This document shows, piece by piece, positions 43,934-54,611 of a stretch of DNA of 64,000 bases. The DNA is from Desulfobacterales bacterium (GTDB taxonomy: Bacteria; Desulfobacterota; Desulfobacteria; Desulfobacterales; SURF-7). The notes under the pieces were generated by a model. That model saw nothing but the letters and a program-made list of their open reading frames with translations, made no database searches and had not been told where the DNA came from. The stretch spans positions 98,169-162,168 of the forward strand of contig JBGSLR010000038.1 of assembly GCA_041740615.1 (NCBI GenBank), given 5' to 3'. Every line of letters starts with the position of its first letter. Within the stretch, counting starts at the first letter, position 1. The translations under genes were made by a program, and so were the position numbers.

Positions 43934-45016
43934 ATGGCAAAAATTGATGCGTTTTTTAAATTAATGCATGAACAAGGGGCTTCCGATCTTCATCTCGTGG
44001 CCGGACAGCAGCCGGTGCTCCGGGTCCGTGGTGAAATTGAACGGGTAAAATATAATCTGCTGACAAATGACGAACTTCGGAGCATGTTGTACGAAATTAC
44101 GCCGGAAGATAAGGTGAAGCTGTTTGAAGAAACCGGCGATGTCGATTTCGGCTACGAGATTCTCGGACTGGCGCGATACCGGGCCAATTATTTCATGCAC
44201 CGCAATGGTGTCGGGGCGGTTTTCCGGGAGATTCCGAGCATCATTGCCACCGTGGAACAGCTCGGTCTTCCTCCGGTCGTGGCCAAGCTGGCCTCGCTTC
44301 CCCGTGGGCTGGTGGTGATCACCGGCCCCACCGGCAGTGGAAAGTCGACCACGCTGGCCGCCATCATCGATGTGGCGAATCGGGCGCGCAAGGATCATAT
44401 TATCACGATCGAAGATCCCATCGAATTCGTCCATCAGAGTCAAAGCTGCATCGTCAATCATCGGGAAGTCGGCATGCACACGAAATCATTTTCAGCTGCT
44501 CTTCGAGGGGCATTGCGTGAGGATCCGGATATCATTCTGGTGGGCGAAATGCGGGATCTTGAAACCATCTCCCTTGCCATTGAGGCAGCTTCCACCGGGC
44601 ATTTGGTTTTCGCCACCCTCCATACGACCAGTGCGGCCAAAACCGTCGACCGGATTATCGAGGTGTTCCCCGGACCCCAACAGGCGCAGATTCGTTCGAC
44701 ATTGGCGGATGGTATCCGAGCGGTCATCGCCCAGGTTCTGTTCAAGCGTGTGGATAAAAAAGGGCGCTGCGTTGCGCCGGAGATCCTCATCGCCACGCCC
44801 GCCGTACGCAATCTGATCCGCGAGGGCAAGACCCACCAGCTGCCTTCCATGATGCAGACCGGAAGAAAATACGGTATGCAATTATTGGATGACGCCATCA
44901 TGAATTTGTATCAGAAAGGCTGGATTGGAGCGGACGAGGCCTATGCAAAGGCAAATGATAAAGACGCGTTCAGGCCGTTTTTGAAGAATCCTCCGACTGA
45001 TTTTACCGAGGCGTGA
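43934..45016 (+). CDS. pilT: type IV pilus twitching-motility ATPase PilT
   Basis: GASDLHL, Walker A GPTGSGKST, Asp box, Walker B ILVGEMRD, His box ATLHT. Confidence 0.92.
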   Translation: MAKIDAFFKLMHEQGASDLHLVAGQQPVLRVRGEIERVKYNLLTNDELRSMLYEITPEDKVKLFEETGDVDFGYEILGLARYRANYFMHRNGVGAVFREIPSIIATVEQLGLPPVVAKLASLPRGLVVITGPTGSGKSTTLAAIIDVANRARKDHIITIEDPIEFVHQSQSCIVNHREVGMHTKSFSAALRGALREDPDIILVGEMRDLETISLAIEAASTGHLVFATLHTTSAAKTVDRIIEVFPGPQQAQIRSTLADGIRAVIAQVLFKRVDKKGRCVAPEILIATPAVRNLIREGKTHQLPSMMQTGRKYGMQLLDDAIMNLYQKGWIGADEAYAKANDKDAFRPFLKNPPTDFTEA

Positions 45017-45052
45017 TTACGGACCCAATCCATCATGCCCAGAGAGTGACCC

Positions 45053-46219
45053 ATGAAAAAACATGAAGTGGACCATATCCTTGCCAGAATGTTGGATGCC
45101 TATGAAAATGTTTCCGATCTGAATCTGACCGTCGGCCGGCCATTGCAGGTGGAAAGTTCAGGAGAATTGCTTCCTGTTGAGATGCGTCCTTATTTCAACG
45201 AGTTGACTCCATTTCAAACAGAAACCATCGCATTCAATCTCATCAGCCATGATCGGCGGTTGACGGAAAAGCTGGTTAGCGAGGGATCGTGCGATTTGTC
45301 GTATAGTCTCCCCGGCAAGGCGCGTTTCAGGGTGAATATTTTTTCACAGGGCGGCAATTATTCCATCATCCTCAGGCGTCTGGAGTCGACCGTTCCAACG
45401 ATTCCCAGTCTGGGCTTGCCGAAAGTGTTTTACAGGATTGCGGAAGAAAAGAACGGAATCGTCCTCGTTACCGGCGCCACCGGAACCGGGAAATCCACTT
45501 CACTCGCGGCAATACTCGAACATATCAATGAAACCCGATCGGTTCATGTGGTGACGCTGGAAGACCCTATCGAATATCAGCACCCCCATAAGAAGGCAAC
45601 GTATAATCAGCGTGAACTGGGAAGAGATTTCGATAATTTCGCCAATGGACTGCGGGCGGCTCTCCGGCAGGCGCCGAAAGTGATTCTTGTGGGCGAGATG
45701 CGGGACCGCGAGACGGTGGAAATCGGCTTGCGCGCGGCTGAAACAGGCCATCTTGTTCTGACGACCCTGCATACCGTCGACGCTGGAAAAACCATCAACC
45801 GGATTCTCGGCATGTTCAGTTCCGATGAAGAGAGTCAGATTCGAATCCGCGTTGCCGAGACCTTGAAATGGGTCGTTTGTCAACGACTTCTTCCCAAGAT
45901 CATCGGAGGCCGGGTGGCGGCTTTTGAAATTTTGGGAACCAACCTGCGCGTAAAAGACGCTGTTCTTCATGGGGAGTCCGAAGGTAAGACATTCTACGAC
46001 ATCATGGAAAAAAACCATGCATTCGGGATGTCCACATTCGATGACAGCATCATCGCATTATACCAACAAGGGTACATCTCCGAAGAGACCGCCATTGCAT
46101 ATTCTTCCAGACGCGGGATCGTGAAACGCGGTATCGATATGGTTAAGAGCTCACGGGGAGAAGCGACAACCGACATCGACAACCTGGAAATCGATCGTGG
46201 TTATGGAAAATTTCGGTAA
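45053..46219 (+). CDS. PilT/PilU-family type IV pilus retraction ATPase (second paralog)
   Basis: GATGTGKST, ILVGEMRD and TTLHT motifs. 388 aa with a longer C-terminus than PilT. Confidence 0.88.
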   Translation: MKKHEVDHILARMLDAYENVSDLNLTVGRPLQVESSGELLPVEMRPYFNELTPFQTETIAFNLISHDRRLTEKLVSEGSCDLSYSLPGKARFRVNIFSQGGNYSIILRRLESTVPTIPSLGLPKVFYRIAEEKNGIVLVTGATGTGKSTSLAAILEHINETRSVHVVTLEDPIEYQHPHKKATYNQRELGRDFDNFANGLRAALRQAPKVILVGEMRDRETVEIGLRAAETGHLVLTTLHTVDAGKTINRILGMFSSDEESQIRIRVAETLKWVVCQRLLPKIIGGRVAAFEILGTNLRVKDAVLHGESEGKTFYDIMEKNHAFGMSTFDDSIIALYQQGYISEETAIAYSSRRGIVKRGIDMVKSSRGEATTDIDNLEIDRGYGKFR

Positions 46220-46237
46220 AGGAGGCGGCTGAGCGAT

Positions 46238-46912
46238 ATGGAAATCACCTGTAGCAGTTGTCAAGGAAAATTCAAGATCGCGGATGAAAAAATTCCTCCG
46301 GGACGCACCGTCAATCTTACCTGTCCGAAATGTAAAAACAAGATCGCCGTCGATGGCGCGCCAGTAGTCGTCGAAGAGGAAGTCACTGAAGAACCGGCAG
46401 TCAAGGACGGGTTTGATTTCGATTACGATTATTCCGAAAAATATGAGAATCCCGACAGCGCCTTTGATTTTGCGGAAGAAGAAGGGAAAACCGCATTGAT
46501 TTGCGAGACCGACCCGGAAATCATTCAGCCGATCGTAAAGGTGCTCGATTTTATGGAGTACCATATCAGCATGACGGAAAGCGCACGAGAGGCCATCAAG
46601 AAAATGCGGTACCACAATTATGACCTCCTCATTGTGAACGAAAGCTTTGATTCAAGAAATCCGGATGCGAACGGTATCCTGATTTATCTGGCTCGCTTGC
46701 ATATGTCTTTTCGGCGTGACATTTTTGTCACCATGTTGAGCCGGCGGTTTCGCACCATGGATTATATGATGGCGCTGAATAAAAGTGTGAATCTGATCAT
46801 CAACGTCGAAAATATCAACCAATTCGAAAATATTTTAAAACGCGGGTTGTCGGACCAAGACATCTTTTACCGGATTTTTCATGAGACCCGGAAAACGTTG
46901 GGAGTCGCCTAA
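46238..46912 (+). CDS. MJ0042-type zinc-ribbon protein fused to a degenerate receiver (pseudo-REC) domain
   Basis: N-terminal CSSC...CPKC zinc ribbon. The C-terminal ~120 aa aligns by eye to CheY-like receivers, but Asn replaces the phospho-acceptor position (DLLIVNESF). Confidence 0.65.
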   Translation: MEITCSSCQGKFKIADEKIPPGRTVNLTCPKCKNKIAVDGAPVVVEEEVTEEPAVKDGFDFDYDYSEKYENPDSAFDFAEEEGKTALICETDPEIIQPIVKVLDFMEYHISMTESAREAIKKMRYHNYDLLIVNESFDSRNPDANGILIYLARLHMSFRRDIFVTMLSRRFRTMDYMMALNKSVNLIINVENINQFENILKRGLSDQDIFYRIFHETRKTLGVA

Positions 46913-46932
46913 CGGTGAGGGGAAATCGGCAA

Positions 46933-47091
46933 ATGGGAGAAGCACAGAATGTATATACCTGTAAGGACTATCGGGCGGAAATGATGCTTCTCGGGCTGAA
47001 CCGACGTCTTGCGGAAGAGAATCTTTCCGAAAGCGAAAAGGAAAAGATCCGGAAAGACATTCTCAAGCTGGAAAAAGTCATGGGAATGTGA
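46933..47091 (+). CDS. small conserved-looking hypothetical protein (52 aa), absent from the ORF track
   Basis: ATG 46933 after a GAGGGGA RBS. Translates to MGEAQNVYTCKDYRAEMMLLGLNRRLAEENLSESEKEKIRKDILKLEKVMGM. Its stop overlaps the next gene's start (TGATG), suggesting translational coupling. Confidence 0.45.
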   Translation: MGEAQNVYTCKDYRAEMMLLGLNRRLAEENLSESEKEKIRKDILKLEKVMGM

Positions 47092-48032
47092 TGAGCCCCC
47101 CCTCCATTTCACAGCCAGCTCCGCAGATCATGGAGCTGGGAGATCGCCTTTTTCAAATCACTTTTTTCTCGGCTTTCCCCGGATTTGATGATTTCATCGG
47201 TGTATATCTTCATGCGGGATCTCCGGCTTTTTTGGTCGATGTGGGACCGTCCGTCACGGTTGCTCAGTTGTTCCGGGCGATGGATCGGTTATCGGTGCGT
47301 CGACTCGATTATATCCTCCTTACCCATATCCATTTGGATCATGCAGGAGCCGTTGGTGAGGTGTCGGCACGTTTCCCGATGGCCAAGGTCGTCTGCCATC
47401 CTTCCGCTTTTCCCCATCTCCTTGATCCGACCCGGTTATTGCGCGGGACCGTCAAGACCCTTGGTGACATTGGGAAGGCCTACGGCCCTATCCAGCCTCT
47501 GGACGAAAAACGTCTGGCGGACGCCATTCAATTCGATGCCCACCCGCTATGTGCGATACCAACGCCGGGTCATGCACCGCATCATGTGAGTTATCTGTTC
47601 GGATCGACCCTTTTTGCCGGAGAAGCCGGCGGCGTCTGCCTGCCGTTTGCTTCCACCGCGCCATACTTGCGCCCGGCCACTCCTCCCCGATTTTTTCTGA
47701 AAACCACTATCGACAGTATCGATGCTTTGATCGCCGCCGATCCTTCCCACATCTGTTACGGGCATATCGGGCGCCGGGAGGACGCCCGGGGGATGCTCGA
47801 GGCCCATCGTCGCCAACTACTGTTATGGTCTCGGATTGTCGACGAGGAAAGCCGTCGAATGGAAAACGAAGAGTTGCCCAAGAGGTTGCTGAAGCGCTTG
47901 CTGACTGCAGATTCTTTTCTGTCGAAATTTTTCGACTTGCCGCCCGATGTCCGCAAAAGAGAAACGTTTTTTTTGATGAACAGCATTTCAGGTTTTGTGG
48001 AGGCCCTGGAGACGTTCGCTGATAATCCGTAG
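47088..48032 (+). CDS. MBL-fold metallo-hydrolase
   Basis: HxHxDH motif (THIHLDHAGA), with downstream TPGHAPHH. ATG 47091 is the likely start. Confidence 0.85.
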   Translation: MMSPPSISQPAPQIMELGDRLFQITFFSAFPGFDDFIGVYLHAGSPAFLVDVGPSVTVAQLFRAMDRLSVRRLDYILLTHIHLDHAGAVGEVSARFPMAKVVCHPSAFPHLLDPTRLLRGTVKTLGDIGKAYGPIQPLDEKRLADAIQFDAHPLCAIPTPGHAPHHVSYLFGSTLFAGEAGGVCLPFASTAPYLRPATPPRFFLKTTIDSIDALIAADPSHICYGHIGRREDARGMLEAHRRQLLLWSRIVDEESRRMENEELPKRLLKRLLTADSFLSKFFDLPPDVRKRETFFLMNSISGFVEALETFADNP

Positions 48033-48770
48033 CCCTTCCAAAGTCAGATCGGGCTCGACGCTTTCAATGGTTTCGGATACACAGTGAATGAGTCGGGCAA
48101 GGCCACCTGTGGCAATAACCTTCGGTGTGGTTCCCATCTCTTTGGTCATCCGTTTCACCATCCCGTCTACCAAACCGGCATACCCGTATATGATACCGGA
48201 CTTAATGCTGCTTGCCGTATCACGGCCGATGACGACCGCAGGGGTGGTCAATAAATCCACTCGCGGCAGTTTGGAGGCATTCATGAAAAGCGCCTCCGAG
48301 GAAATCATGACACCGGGAGCGATGGCGCCTCCGATGTATTCCCCTTTCTCCGAAATGACGTCGAACGTAGTGGCGGTTCCGAAATCGATAACGATCAGAC
48401 AGGTACGATATTGCTCATAGGCGGCCACGGCGTTCACGATCCGGTCCGCTCCGACTTCGGCCGGATTGTTATAAAGGATCGGCATTCCCGCCATTGATCC
48501 GGCGTCGACCCAGTTTGGCGTATGGTTGAGATATTTACGACAAAAAGTGTCGTACAACCTTACGACGGGTGGAACCACGCAGGAGATAATGGTTCTGTCG
48601 ATATCCCGAAACAGGATGTCGTTTGCGTTGAATAGATTGTTCAGGAGGACGCAGAGTTCGTCTTCGGTAGCGTTCCGTTCCGTGCGGATGCGCCAGTTTC
48701 GAATCAACTGGCGTCCTTCGTAGATACCGACGACCGTGTTTGTATTTCCGATATCGATGACCAGCAGCAT
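47988..48770 (-). CDS. coaX: type III pantothenate kinase
   Basis: LLVIDIGNTNTV N-terminus, DFGTATTFD, ATGGLA motifs. Confidence 0.92.
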   Translation of the reverse strand: MLLVIDIGNTNTVVGIYEGRQLIRNWRIRTERNATEDELCVLLNNLFNANDILFRDIDRTIISCVVPPVVRLYDTFCRKYLNHTPNWVDAGSMAGMPILYNNPAEVGADRIVNAVAAYEQYRTCLIVIDFGTATTFDVISEKGEYIGGAIAPGVMISSEALFMNASKLPRVDLLTTPAVVIGRDTASSIKSGIIYGYAGLVDGMVKRMTKEMGTTPKVIATGGLARLIHCVSETIESVEPDLTLEGLRIISERLQGLHKT

Positions 48771-48774
48771 GGCC

Positions 48775-49749
48775 CTATTCCTTTTGCGAAAGTTTATTGA
48801 TAATCGTCACGATAAAATTTTTAGGCCTGACATTCATGAGCATCAGGTGAACGGGCACGACAATCGCCGCCGGGACCGTATACTGCCCGGGAGGCAGGCC
48901 GCTTAGATCGACGGATGCCGAAACGTCCTTCTCCGGTGCTCCTGTCGTCAGATTTCGCTCCGGGCCTTTGATCTCCAGGTCAAGGGTTTCAGGCTCGATT
49001 CGAAATTCATACGGAGAGCCTCTACCCGTAATCGGGATGCCGGTAAAGGTTTTGGTGCATATCTTTTCCGCGATTTCGATTTCGGCAATAAAAATCTTGT
49101 CCGGGGGAATGGAATGAAGTGTTTCTGGCAGGCTGAGGATGGCATTCTTTTTAAAGGATTCCCTTGCGCCCGTCAGTTCAATGGGTTTGGTTGAGACGCT
49201 TTCCATGTCAGCCAAGATACTTTCAGATCCCCGCAGGACAACGGAAGATGGGGTTAAGCTGATTTTTTCGACTCGATAACCGGGCATCGGCTCACCGGCA
49301 GTCGTCACCATTACGGGCAGATCTTTTTTTTCTTCGCGTTCAATTGTTACGGTAACGGAGGAAGGGATCGTTTGTAATACTTCTATCCCTTCCGGGAAGT
49401 CGATTCGATTCGCATCGACGGGGAGGGAAATCACCGCCTCTGTAACACCGGAAAGATCGAACAGATACCTATAATTCCGCCCCTCAATGGAGTGAACAAT
49501 CGATTCCGGCCCCCGGATTTGAAATTCGATACCTTTTGCGGGCAGTCCCATATGGACGAAACCCGCTCGCAAATGATGGATTCCGACTGGTATCATCACC
49601 GTGGTTTCCATGAACACCTTGCAGGGCCAAAAAGCGGCCATGGCACCTGCGGTTATCAGCAGGCCTAAAAACAGCCATGCGTATTTCCCGAGTCGAAAAC
49701 GCATCGCGGCTGAATAGAACCTTTTATGGGTTGAGGGCTTGGGTATCAT
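48775..49749 (-). CDS. YbbR-domain protein (CdaR-like)
   Basis: N-terminal TM plus repeated YbbR-type beta modules (P.GY.V....L.P..V.L.G....L......T.PI.L.G). Confidence 0.75.
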   Translation of the reverse strand: MIPKPSTHKRFYSAAMRFRLGKYAWLFLGLLITAGAMAAFWPCKVFMETTVMIPVGIHHLRAGFVHMGLPAKGIEFQIRGPESIVHSIEGRNYRYLFDLSGVTEAVISLPVDANRIDFPEGIEVLQTIPSSVTVTIEREEKKDLPVMVTTAGEPMPGYRVEKISLTPSSVVLRGSESILADMESVSTKPIELTGARESFKKNAILSLPETLHSIPPDKIFIAEIEIAEKICTKTFTGIPITGRGSPYEFRIEPETLDLEIKGPERNLTTGAPEKDVSASVDLSGLPPGQYTVPAAIVVPVHLMLMNVRPKNFIVTIINKLSQKE

Positions 49750-49805
49750 TGCCAGCGAATTCCGAAATACGAGAAAAAACAGAAGCGGCCGCCGTGCACA
49801 TTTTT

Positions 49806-50687
49806 TCAGACGGCATTCTTGATCCCATCCGCTATTTTTATCGTTGTTCGGGCCAGACGGACATCGTGGCAGCGAACAATATGGGCGCCGTTCAAAACTG
49901 CGGCAGCAACGCTTGCCTGGGTACCGTTTTCGACGACGGCCAGATCCGGTTGTGGCTCCGTTTCATGGGAACCCTTCAAAAGATGCCTGATGAAGGCCTT
50001 GCGGGAGGTCCCGATGAGGATCGGTGCGCAAAGGGGTTCGAAGGCGCGCAAATGCTTCAGGATGCTCAGATTTTGCTCGAACGTTTTGCCGAATCCGATA
50101 CCCGGATCGATGATGATGTTTGATCTTGGGATGCCGTTTTTTTCCGCAAGATCCATGGTCCGTTGGAGGAAATGCGTGATTTCGCCGATGAGATCATGAT
50201 AGATGGGAGCCACCTGCATGTCTTTCGGCGTTCCTTTCATATGCATTACGATCAGCGGTACGCCAAGGTCGGCGACAGCACCCGCCATTTCCGGATCGGA
50301 TTTCAGGGCACTTATGTCATTGACAATGGACGCTCCCGCACGAATCGCCTCACGGGCAACGCGGGCCTTGGTCGTATCAATGGAAATGGGAATGGGAACC
50401 TGCTCGGCGATGGCCTGAATCACCGGCAGCACTCGTCTGATTTCCTCCTCAACCGGGATGGAAACCGAATAAGGCCGTGTGGACTCCCCTCCCACATCGA
50501 TGATATCGGCGCCAGCTTCGACCATTTCTGTGGCGTGTTTCAAGGCGGAATCATATGAAAAAAAACGGCCGCCGTCGGAGAAAGAATCGGGAGTGACATT
50601 GAGAATCCCCATCACCAGCGTTCTTTCACCAAGTTTCAGTCGATGTTTTCCCCATCCAATTTCAAACGTTCGGGTCGGGAGCGTCAT
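49806..50687 (-). CDS. folP: dihydropteroate synthase
   Basis: [32 protein letters not shown] motifs. Confidence 0.93.
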   Translation of the reverse strand: MTLPTRTFEIGWGKHRLKLGERTLVMGILNVTPDSFSDGGRFFSYDSALKHATEMVEAGADIIDVGGESTRPYSVSIPVEEEIRRVLPVIQAIAEQVPIPISIDTTKARVAREAIRAGASIVNDISALKSDPEMAGAVADLGVPLIVMHMKGTPKDMQVAPIYHDLIGEITHFLQRTMDLAEKNGIPRSNIIIDPGIGFGKTFEQNLSILKHLRAFEPLCAPILIGTSRKAFIRHLLKGSHETEPQPDLAVVENGTQASVAAAVLNGAHIVRCHDVRLARTTIKIADGIKNAV

Positions 50688-52548
50688 GGGGTTTTTCCAC
50701 TTTTTCGTTGTCTGCGACTTCTTCCGGTTCCGATTCCTCCGCCTGCGACAACTCGATTCCGGGGCGCATGGAGCGGATGAGATCGTCCAGCTCCGCGCCC
50801 ATCACCGTTTCTTTTTCCAGCAGCAGTTCGGCCAGTTTATGAAGAATATCCAGGTTTTCTTTCAAGACCTGTTTGGCGCGGTCATAATTATTATGTATCA
50901 GTCTGCTGACCTCTTTGTCGATATTCTTGGCGGTATCTTCTGAATAATCGCTTTTTTGGGCAAAATCCCGTCCGAGAAAGATCTGTTCATCGTTCTGCGC
51001 ATAGGAGAGGGGTCCGAGGAGCTCGCTCATCCCCCAGCTGCGAACCATCTTCTGCGATAATTCGGTTGCCTGTTTGATATCGTTGGAAGCTCCTGTACTG
51101 ATTCGACCGAACACCAGTTCTTCCGCCACGCGTCCGCCGAAAGCCACGCTGAGTTCGCTTTCAAGCTGATCCTTATAACGGAAATCCCTTTCTTCCGGTA
51201 GAAACCAGGTTACACCGGCGGCCCGACCGCGTGGAATGATGGTGATCTTATTGACGGTATCAGTCCCGGGAAGGAAGCGGGCCACCAAGGCATGCCCGCC
51301 TTCGTGATAGGCGGTCGTTTTTCGGTCGTCTTCTTTGATGACCTTGGATTTGCGTTCCAATCCCATGTAGACTTTGTCTTTCGCTTCCTCGAAATCAAGC
51401 ATGTGCAGTTTTTCCTGGTTCTTTTTAGCTGCCAGCAATGCCGCCTCATTTACCATGTTTTCGAGATCCGCGCCCGAGAATCCGGGCGTACCCTTGGCGA
51501 GAACGGTAACATTCACATCGCTTGCGATGGGCGTTCGTTTCATATGAACTTGCAGGATTTCCTTTCTGCCTTTGATGTCGGGAAGGGGCACGACGACTTG
51601 GCGGTCAAATCGACCGGGACGCATCAGCGCCGGGTCAAGAACATCCGGACGGTTTGTTGCGGAGATGAGAATGACGCCTTCGTTGGATTCAAAACCGTCC
51701 ATTTCCACCAGCAATTGGTTCAAGGTCTGTTCGCGTTCATCATGTCCACCTCCCAGTCCGGCGCCGCGATGCCGCCCGACCGCATCGATTTCATCAATGA
51801 AAATAATACAAGGCGCATTTTTTTTCCCTTGAACAAACAGATCCCGAACACGAGAAGCGCCGACACCAACGAACATTTCAACGAAATCCGATCCGCTGAT
51901 ACTGAAAAAGGGCACCCCGGCCTCGCCGGCAATGGCTCGAGCCAGCAGCGTCTTGCCGGTTCCCGGCGATCCCATCAACAGCACGCCTTTGGGTATCCGA
52001 CCGCCCAAGCGGGTGAATTTTTTCGGGTCCTTCAGGAATTCGATGATCTCCGCAAGCTCTTCCTTTGCTTCCTCCACACCGGCCACGTCTTTAAAGGTTA
52101 CCTTCTCCGCTTGATCCGAAAGCAACCGCGCCCGACTTTTTCCAAAGGAAAGCGCTTTACCGCCGCCGCCCTGCATCTGTCGCATGAAAAAAATCCAGAC
52201 TCCGATCAGAACAATCATGGGAAACCAGGAAACCAGAATCGACATGAACCAGGGTGTTTCGGCTGGAGGCTTGGCATTGATTGATACGCCTTTTGATCTC
52301 AAAATACGTATCATATCAGCATCTTCCGGGGCATATACCTTGAAGCGGCCACCGCTTATGTCCGTTACGAGCAACTCCCGATCCTGCATGACGACGTTTG
52401 CGACCCGATCACCTTCCACCATGGCGAGGAATTCCGTGTAACTGATATTTTCATCCGTGCGTTGCTGCTGATTGAAAATATTGAAGAGCATGATCACCAT
52501 CAGAACGATGACGATCCAGAGGGAAAGATTTTTATAGAACGGATTCAA
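50662..52548 (-). CDS. ftsH: ATP-dependent zinc metalloprotease FtsH
   Basis: Two N-terminal TM helices. AAA+ Walker A GSPGTGKT, Walker [18 protein letters not shown] zinc motif. Confidence 0.97.
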   Translation of the reverse strand: MNPFYKNLSLWIVIVLMVIMLFNIFNQQQRTDENISYTEFLAMVEGDRVANVVMQDRELLVTDISGGRFKVYAPEDADMIRILRSKGVSINAKPPAETPWFMSILVSWFPMIVLIGVWIFFMRQMQGGGGKALSFGKSRARLLSDQAEKVTFKDVAGVEEAKEELAEIIEFLKDPKKFTRLGGRIPKGVLLMGSPGTGKTLLARAIAGEAGVPFFSISGSDFVEMFVGVGASRVRDLFVQGKKNAPCIIFIDEIDAVGRHRGAGLGGGHDEREQTLNQLLVEMDGFESNEGVILISATNRPDVLDPALMRPGRFDRQVVVPLPDIKGRKEILQVHMKRTPIASDVNVTVLAKGTPGFSGADLENMVNEAALLAAKKNQEKLHMLDFEEAKDKVYMGLERKSKVIKEDDRKTTAYHEGGHALVARFLPGTDTVNKITIIPRGRAAGVTWFLPEERDFRYKDQLESELSVAFGGRVAEELVFGRISTGASNDIKQATELSQKMVRSWGMSELLGPLSYAQNDEQIFLGRDFAQKSDYSEDTAKNIDKEVSRLIHNNYDRAKQVLKENLDILHKLAELLLEKETVMGAELDDLIRSMRPGIELSQAEESEPEEVADNEKVEKPHDAPDPNV

Positions 52549-52728
52549 AAGTTTATACCTCCTCGATTTCCCTGTTACGTATCGCCGGGAATATGGTTTG
52601 TTGTATCAAAAAAACCATATCATATTTTATGACAGGCGAAAAACAGAATTCACTGCAGGTAGCGTCTCGCGCATTCCCCCGCCCAAACCGACATCAAAAG
52701 CAAGAAAACTAAATTTAATCATTTTTTT

Positions 52729-54207
52729 TCAGCCCGCAAGCAGCAATTCCGCTTTGAGGACCTGTCTGGTTTCCCCCGTCAGTTTAACCGCATCGTCGAT
52801 CCGATGCCCCACAATCCAGATCACCCTGCCGCCGCTCTCGAGAACCAGACATTTTTTTCGATCATCGCGCGGGACTTTTTTGTCACTGAAAAATTTGGAC
52901 AATTTCTGCCGGCCGTTCATTCCCAGGGGCTGAAAAAAATCCCCGGATCTCGCGTTTCGCAGAATCATGGGAAAATGCAATCGATCCAGATCGAAATATA
53001 CAATCCGCTGTTCGGGCGGTTTTGAGTTGCTGAATTCCTCCGGCCGGGTGGTTGAAAAACGGATTTGAAGGTCGAACGGTTCGATCCGCAGGGTAAGCGG
53101 TTCAAACCCGTCCTGAAAGAGCGGAAGATGAAAAATGAGATTGCGATTGGTTTCGGCATGCGTTTGCCTGCCGGGACGTTTATCCGATGATCTGCCGAAT
53201 TGAAGATGGTCGCCCAGTCGTTCCACCACAACCCCTCCCGGCAGATTGAGCATCCCATCGCCATCGATGTTTCCGGAAAGTCGTAATACGGCCTCGATGT
53301 GTCCGAAGGTCATCCGCCGTAAATCGCCCGTCAATTTTCGGAGTACCGTCCGAATCAATCTTCTTTTTGCCGCCACATGAATTTTCCCCATTCCGGAAGC
53401 GGAAAGCCGCAACTGCCCATCCGGGGTTTGGGTCAGCAGATCGGCAAGTGTTGCCTCGATGCGTTCATCGGCCCAAGTCTCCTCATCGCCCAGGATCGCG
53501 CCTAAGCGGATTAAGGTTTCCATTATTCTGGGGTTATAATCCGACGCGAGCAACGGCAGCAATTGGTGCCGGACTCTGTTGCGTAAAAAGCGGCGATCAT
53601 CATTGGAAGTATCCGTCACAAAAGGGATTTCGCGCTCTGAGAGGAATGCAAGAATCTCCTGTTTTGAGGAATCGATCAGCGGGCGGACAATATGATGTTC
53701 ACGCGCCGGCGGAATGCCGGTCAAGCCAAGGGGACCACTTCCCCTGATCAGGTTCATCAATATCAACTCCGCATTGTCATCTCGGTGATGACCCAAGGCC
53801 ACTTTTGTGAATCCGGTGGATTGAATGACCTCGGAAAAAAAATCATAGCGGATGTTTCGAGCGACTTCCTCAAGGGATAATCCGCTTCCGGCATGCTGCG
53901 CCCGGATGTCTGTTTTTTTAGAAAAAAAGGGGAGGTCCAATTCCGACGCACGGGAAGCGACAAAAGCTTCGTCCGAATCGGCTGCTTTTTTACGAAGACT
54001 GTGGTTCAGGTGGGCGATACCCAATTGTAATGAAAAGCGGGGTGCCAGTTGCAACAGGGCATGCAGGAGCGCGCTCGAATCCGGCCCGCCCGACATGCCG
54101 ATCAATACCGCGTCCCCTGACGAGAACATCCGGTATTGCGTGATGGTTTGCGTCACCTTTTTAAGAAAAACATTCTGTTTGTGACGATTCAGTATGGTGG
54201 GTGCCAT
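52729..54207 (-). CDS. tilS: tRNA(Ile)-lysidine synthetase
   Basis: PP-loop SGGPDSSAL. Long C-terminal substrate-binding domain ending in the ...RVIWIVGHRID pattern. Confidence 0.9.
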   Translation of the reverse strand: MAPTILNRHKQNVFLKKVTQTITQYRMFSSGDAVLIGMSGGPDSSALLHALLQLAPRFSLQLGIAHLNHSLRKKAADSDEAFVASRASELDLPFFSKKTDIRAQHAGSGLSLEEVARNIRYDFFSEVIQSTGFTKVALGHHRDDNAELILMNLIRGSGPLGLTGIPPAREHHIVRPLIDSSKQEILAFLSEREIPFVTDTSNDDRRFLRNRVRHQLLPLLASDYNPRIMETLIRLGAILGDEETWADERIEATLADLLTQTPDGQLRLSASGMGKIHVAAKRRLIRTVLRKLTGDLRRMTFGHIEAVLRLSGNIDGDGMLNLPGGVVVERLGDHLQFGRSSDKRPGRQTHAETNRNLIFHLPLFQDGFEPLTLRIEPFDLQIRFSTTRPEEFSNSKPPEQRIVYFDLDRLHFPMILRNARSGDFFQPLGMNGRQKLSKFFSDKKVPRDDRKKCLVLESGGRVIWIVGHRIDDAVKLTGETRQVLKAELLLAG

Positions 54208-54374
54208 AGGGAAAGCTCACCGGGAAAACGCGTCTGTTGAAACGAAGTGGTCCAAATTTACCACCAGAACCAAAAATAATAAAACTATGTCAGCCGGTCA
54301 CGATTGTCAATAAATTTAGGAAATAGCGCCAATGGGAGAAAACCCATTGGCCACTTCGGGTTGCATATTAATTC

Positions 54375-54403
54375 TTGCAAAAAAAAAACGTTGTGATTAT
54401 ATA
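54375..54403 (+). promoter_or_regulatory. sigma-70 promoter for the SRP RNA gene
   Basis: TTGCAA (54375-80), exactly 17 nt, TATATA (54398-403). Predicted TSS near 54410. Confidence 0.65.
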
Positions 54404-54457
54404 GACGTCCGCGGCTTGTGGAACCATGCCTGCCAGATAGAGCCGTTTCTCCATGGC

Positions 54458-54611
54458 GGCCCTGTATTAAAAGGCGGATCATTCTGATCGGTCGCCGCGT
54501 AACAGACCCTCACGAACCTCGTCAGGTCCGGAAGGAAGCAGCGATAAGAGATGTGGTCTGTGTCGAGGATCGATCCCGGTCATGTTATGATCCGCCTTTT
54601 AATGTAGGGCC
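54458..54611 (+). ncRNA. ffs: signal recognition particle RNA (4.5S/SRP RNA)
   Basis: Invariant domain IV sequence GUCAGGUCCGGAAGGAAGCAGC (54520-54542) on the + strand. Enclosed by a 25-bp terminal helix (ggccctgtattaaaaggcggatcat / atgatccgccttttaatgtagggcc, two G-U pairs). Followed by a T7 run. Confidence 0.85.

Noticed and set aside
46909-47112. 67-aa minus-strand ORF between the zinc-ribbon gene and the MBL gene
   Set aside because: The plus-strand 52-aa ORF in the same interval has an RBS and stop-start coupling with the downstream gene. The minus-strand ORF has neither.
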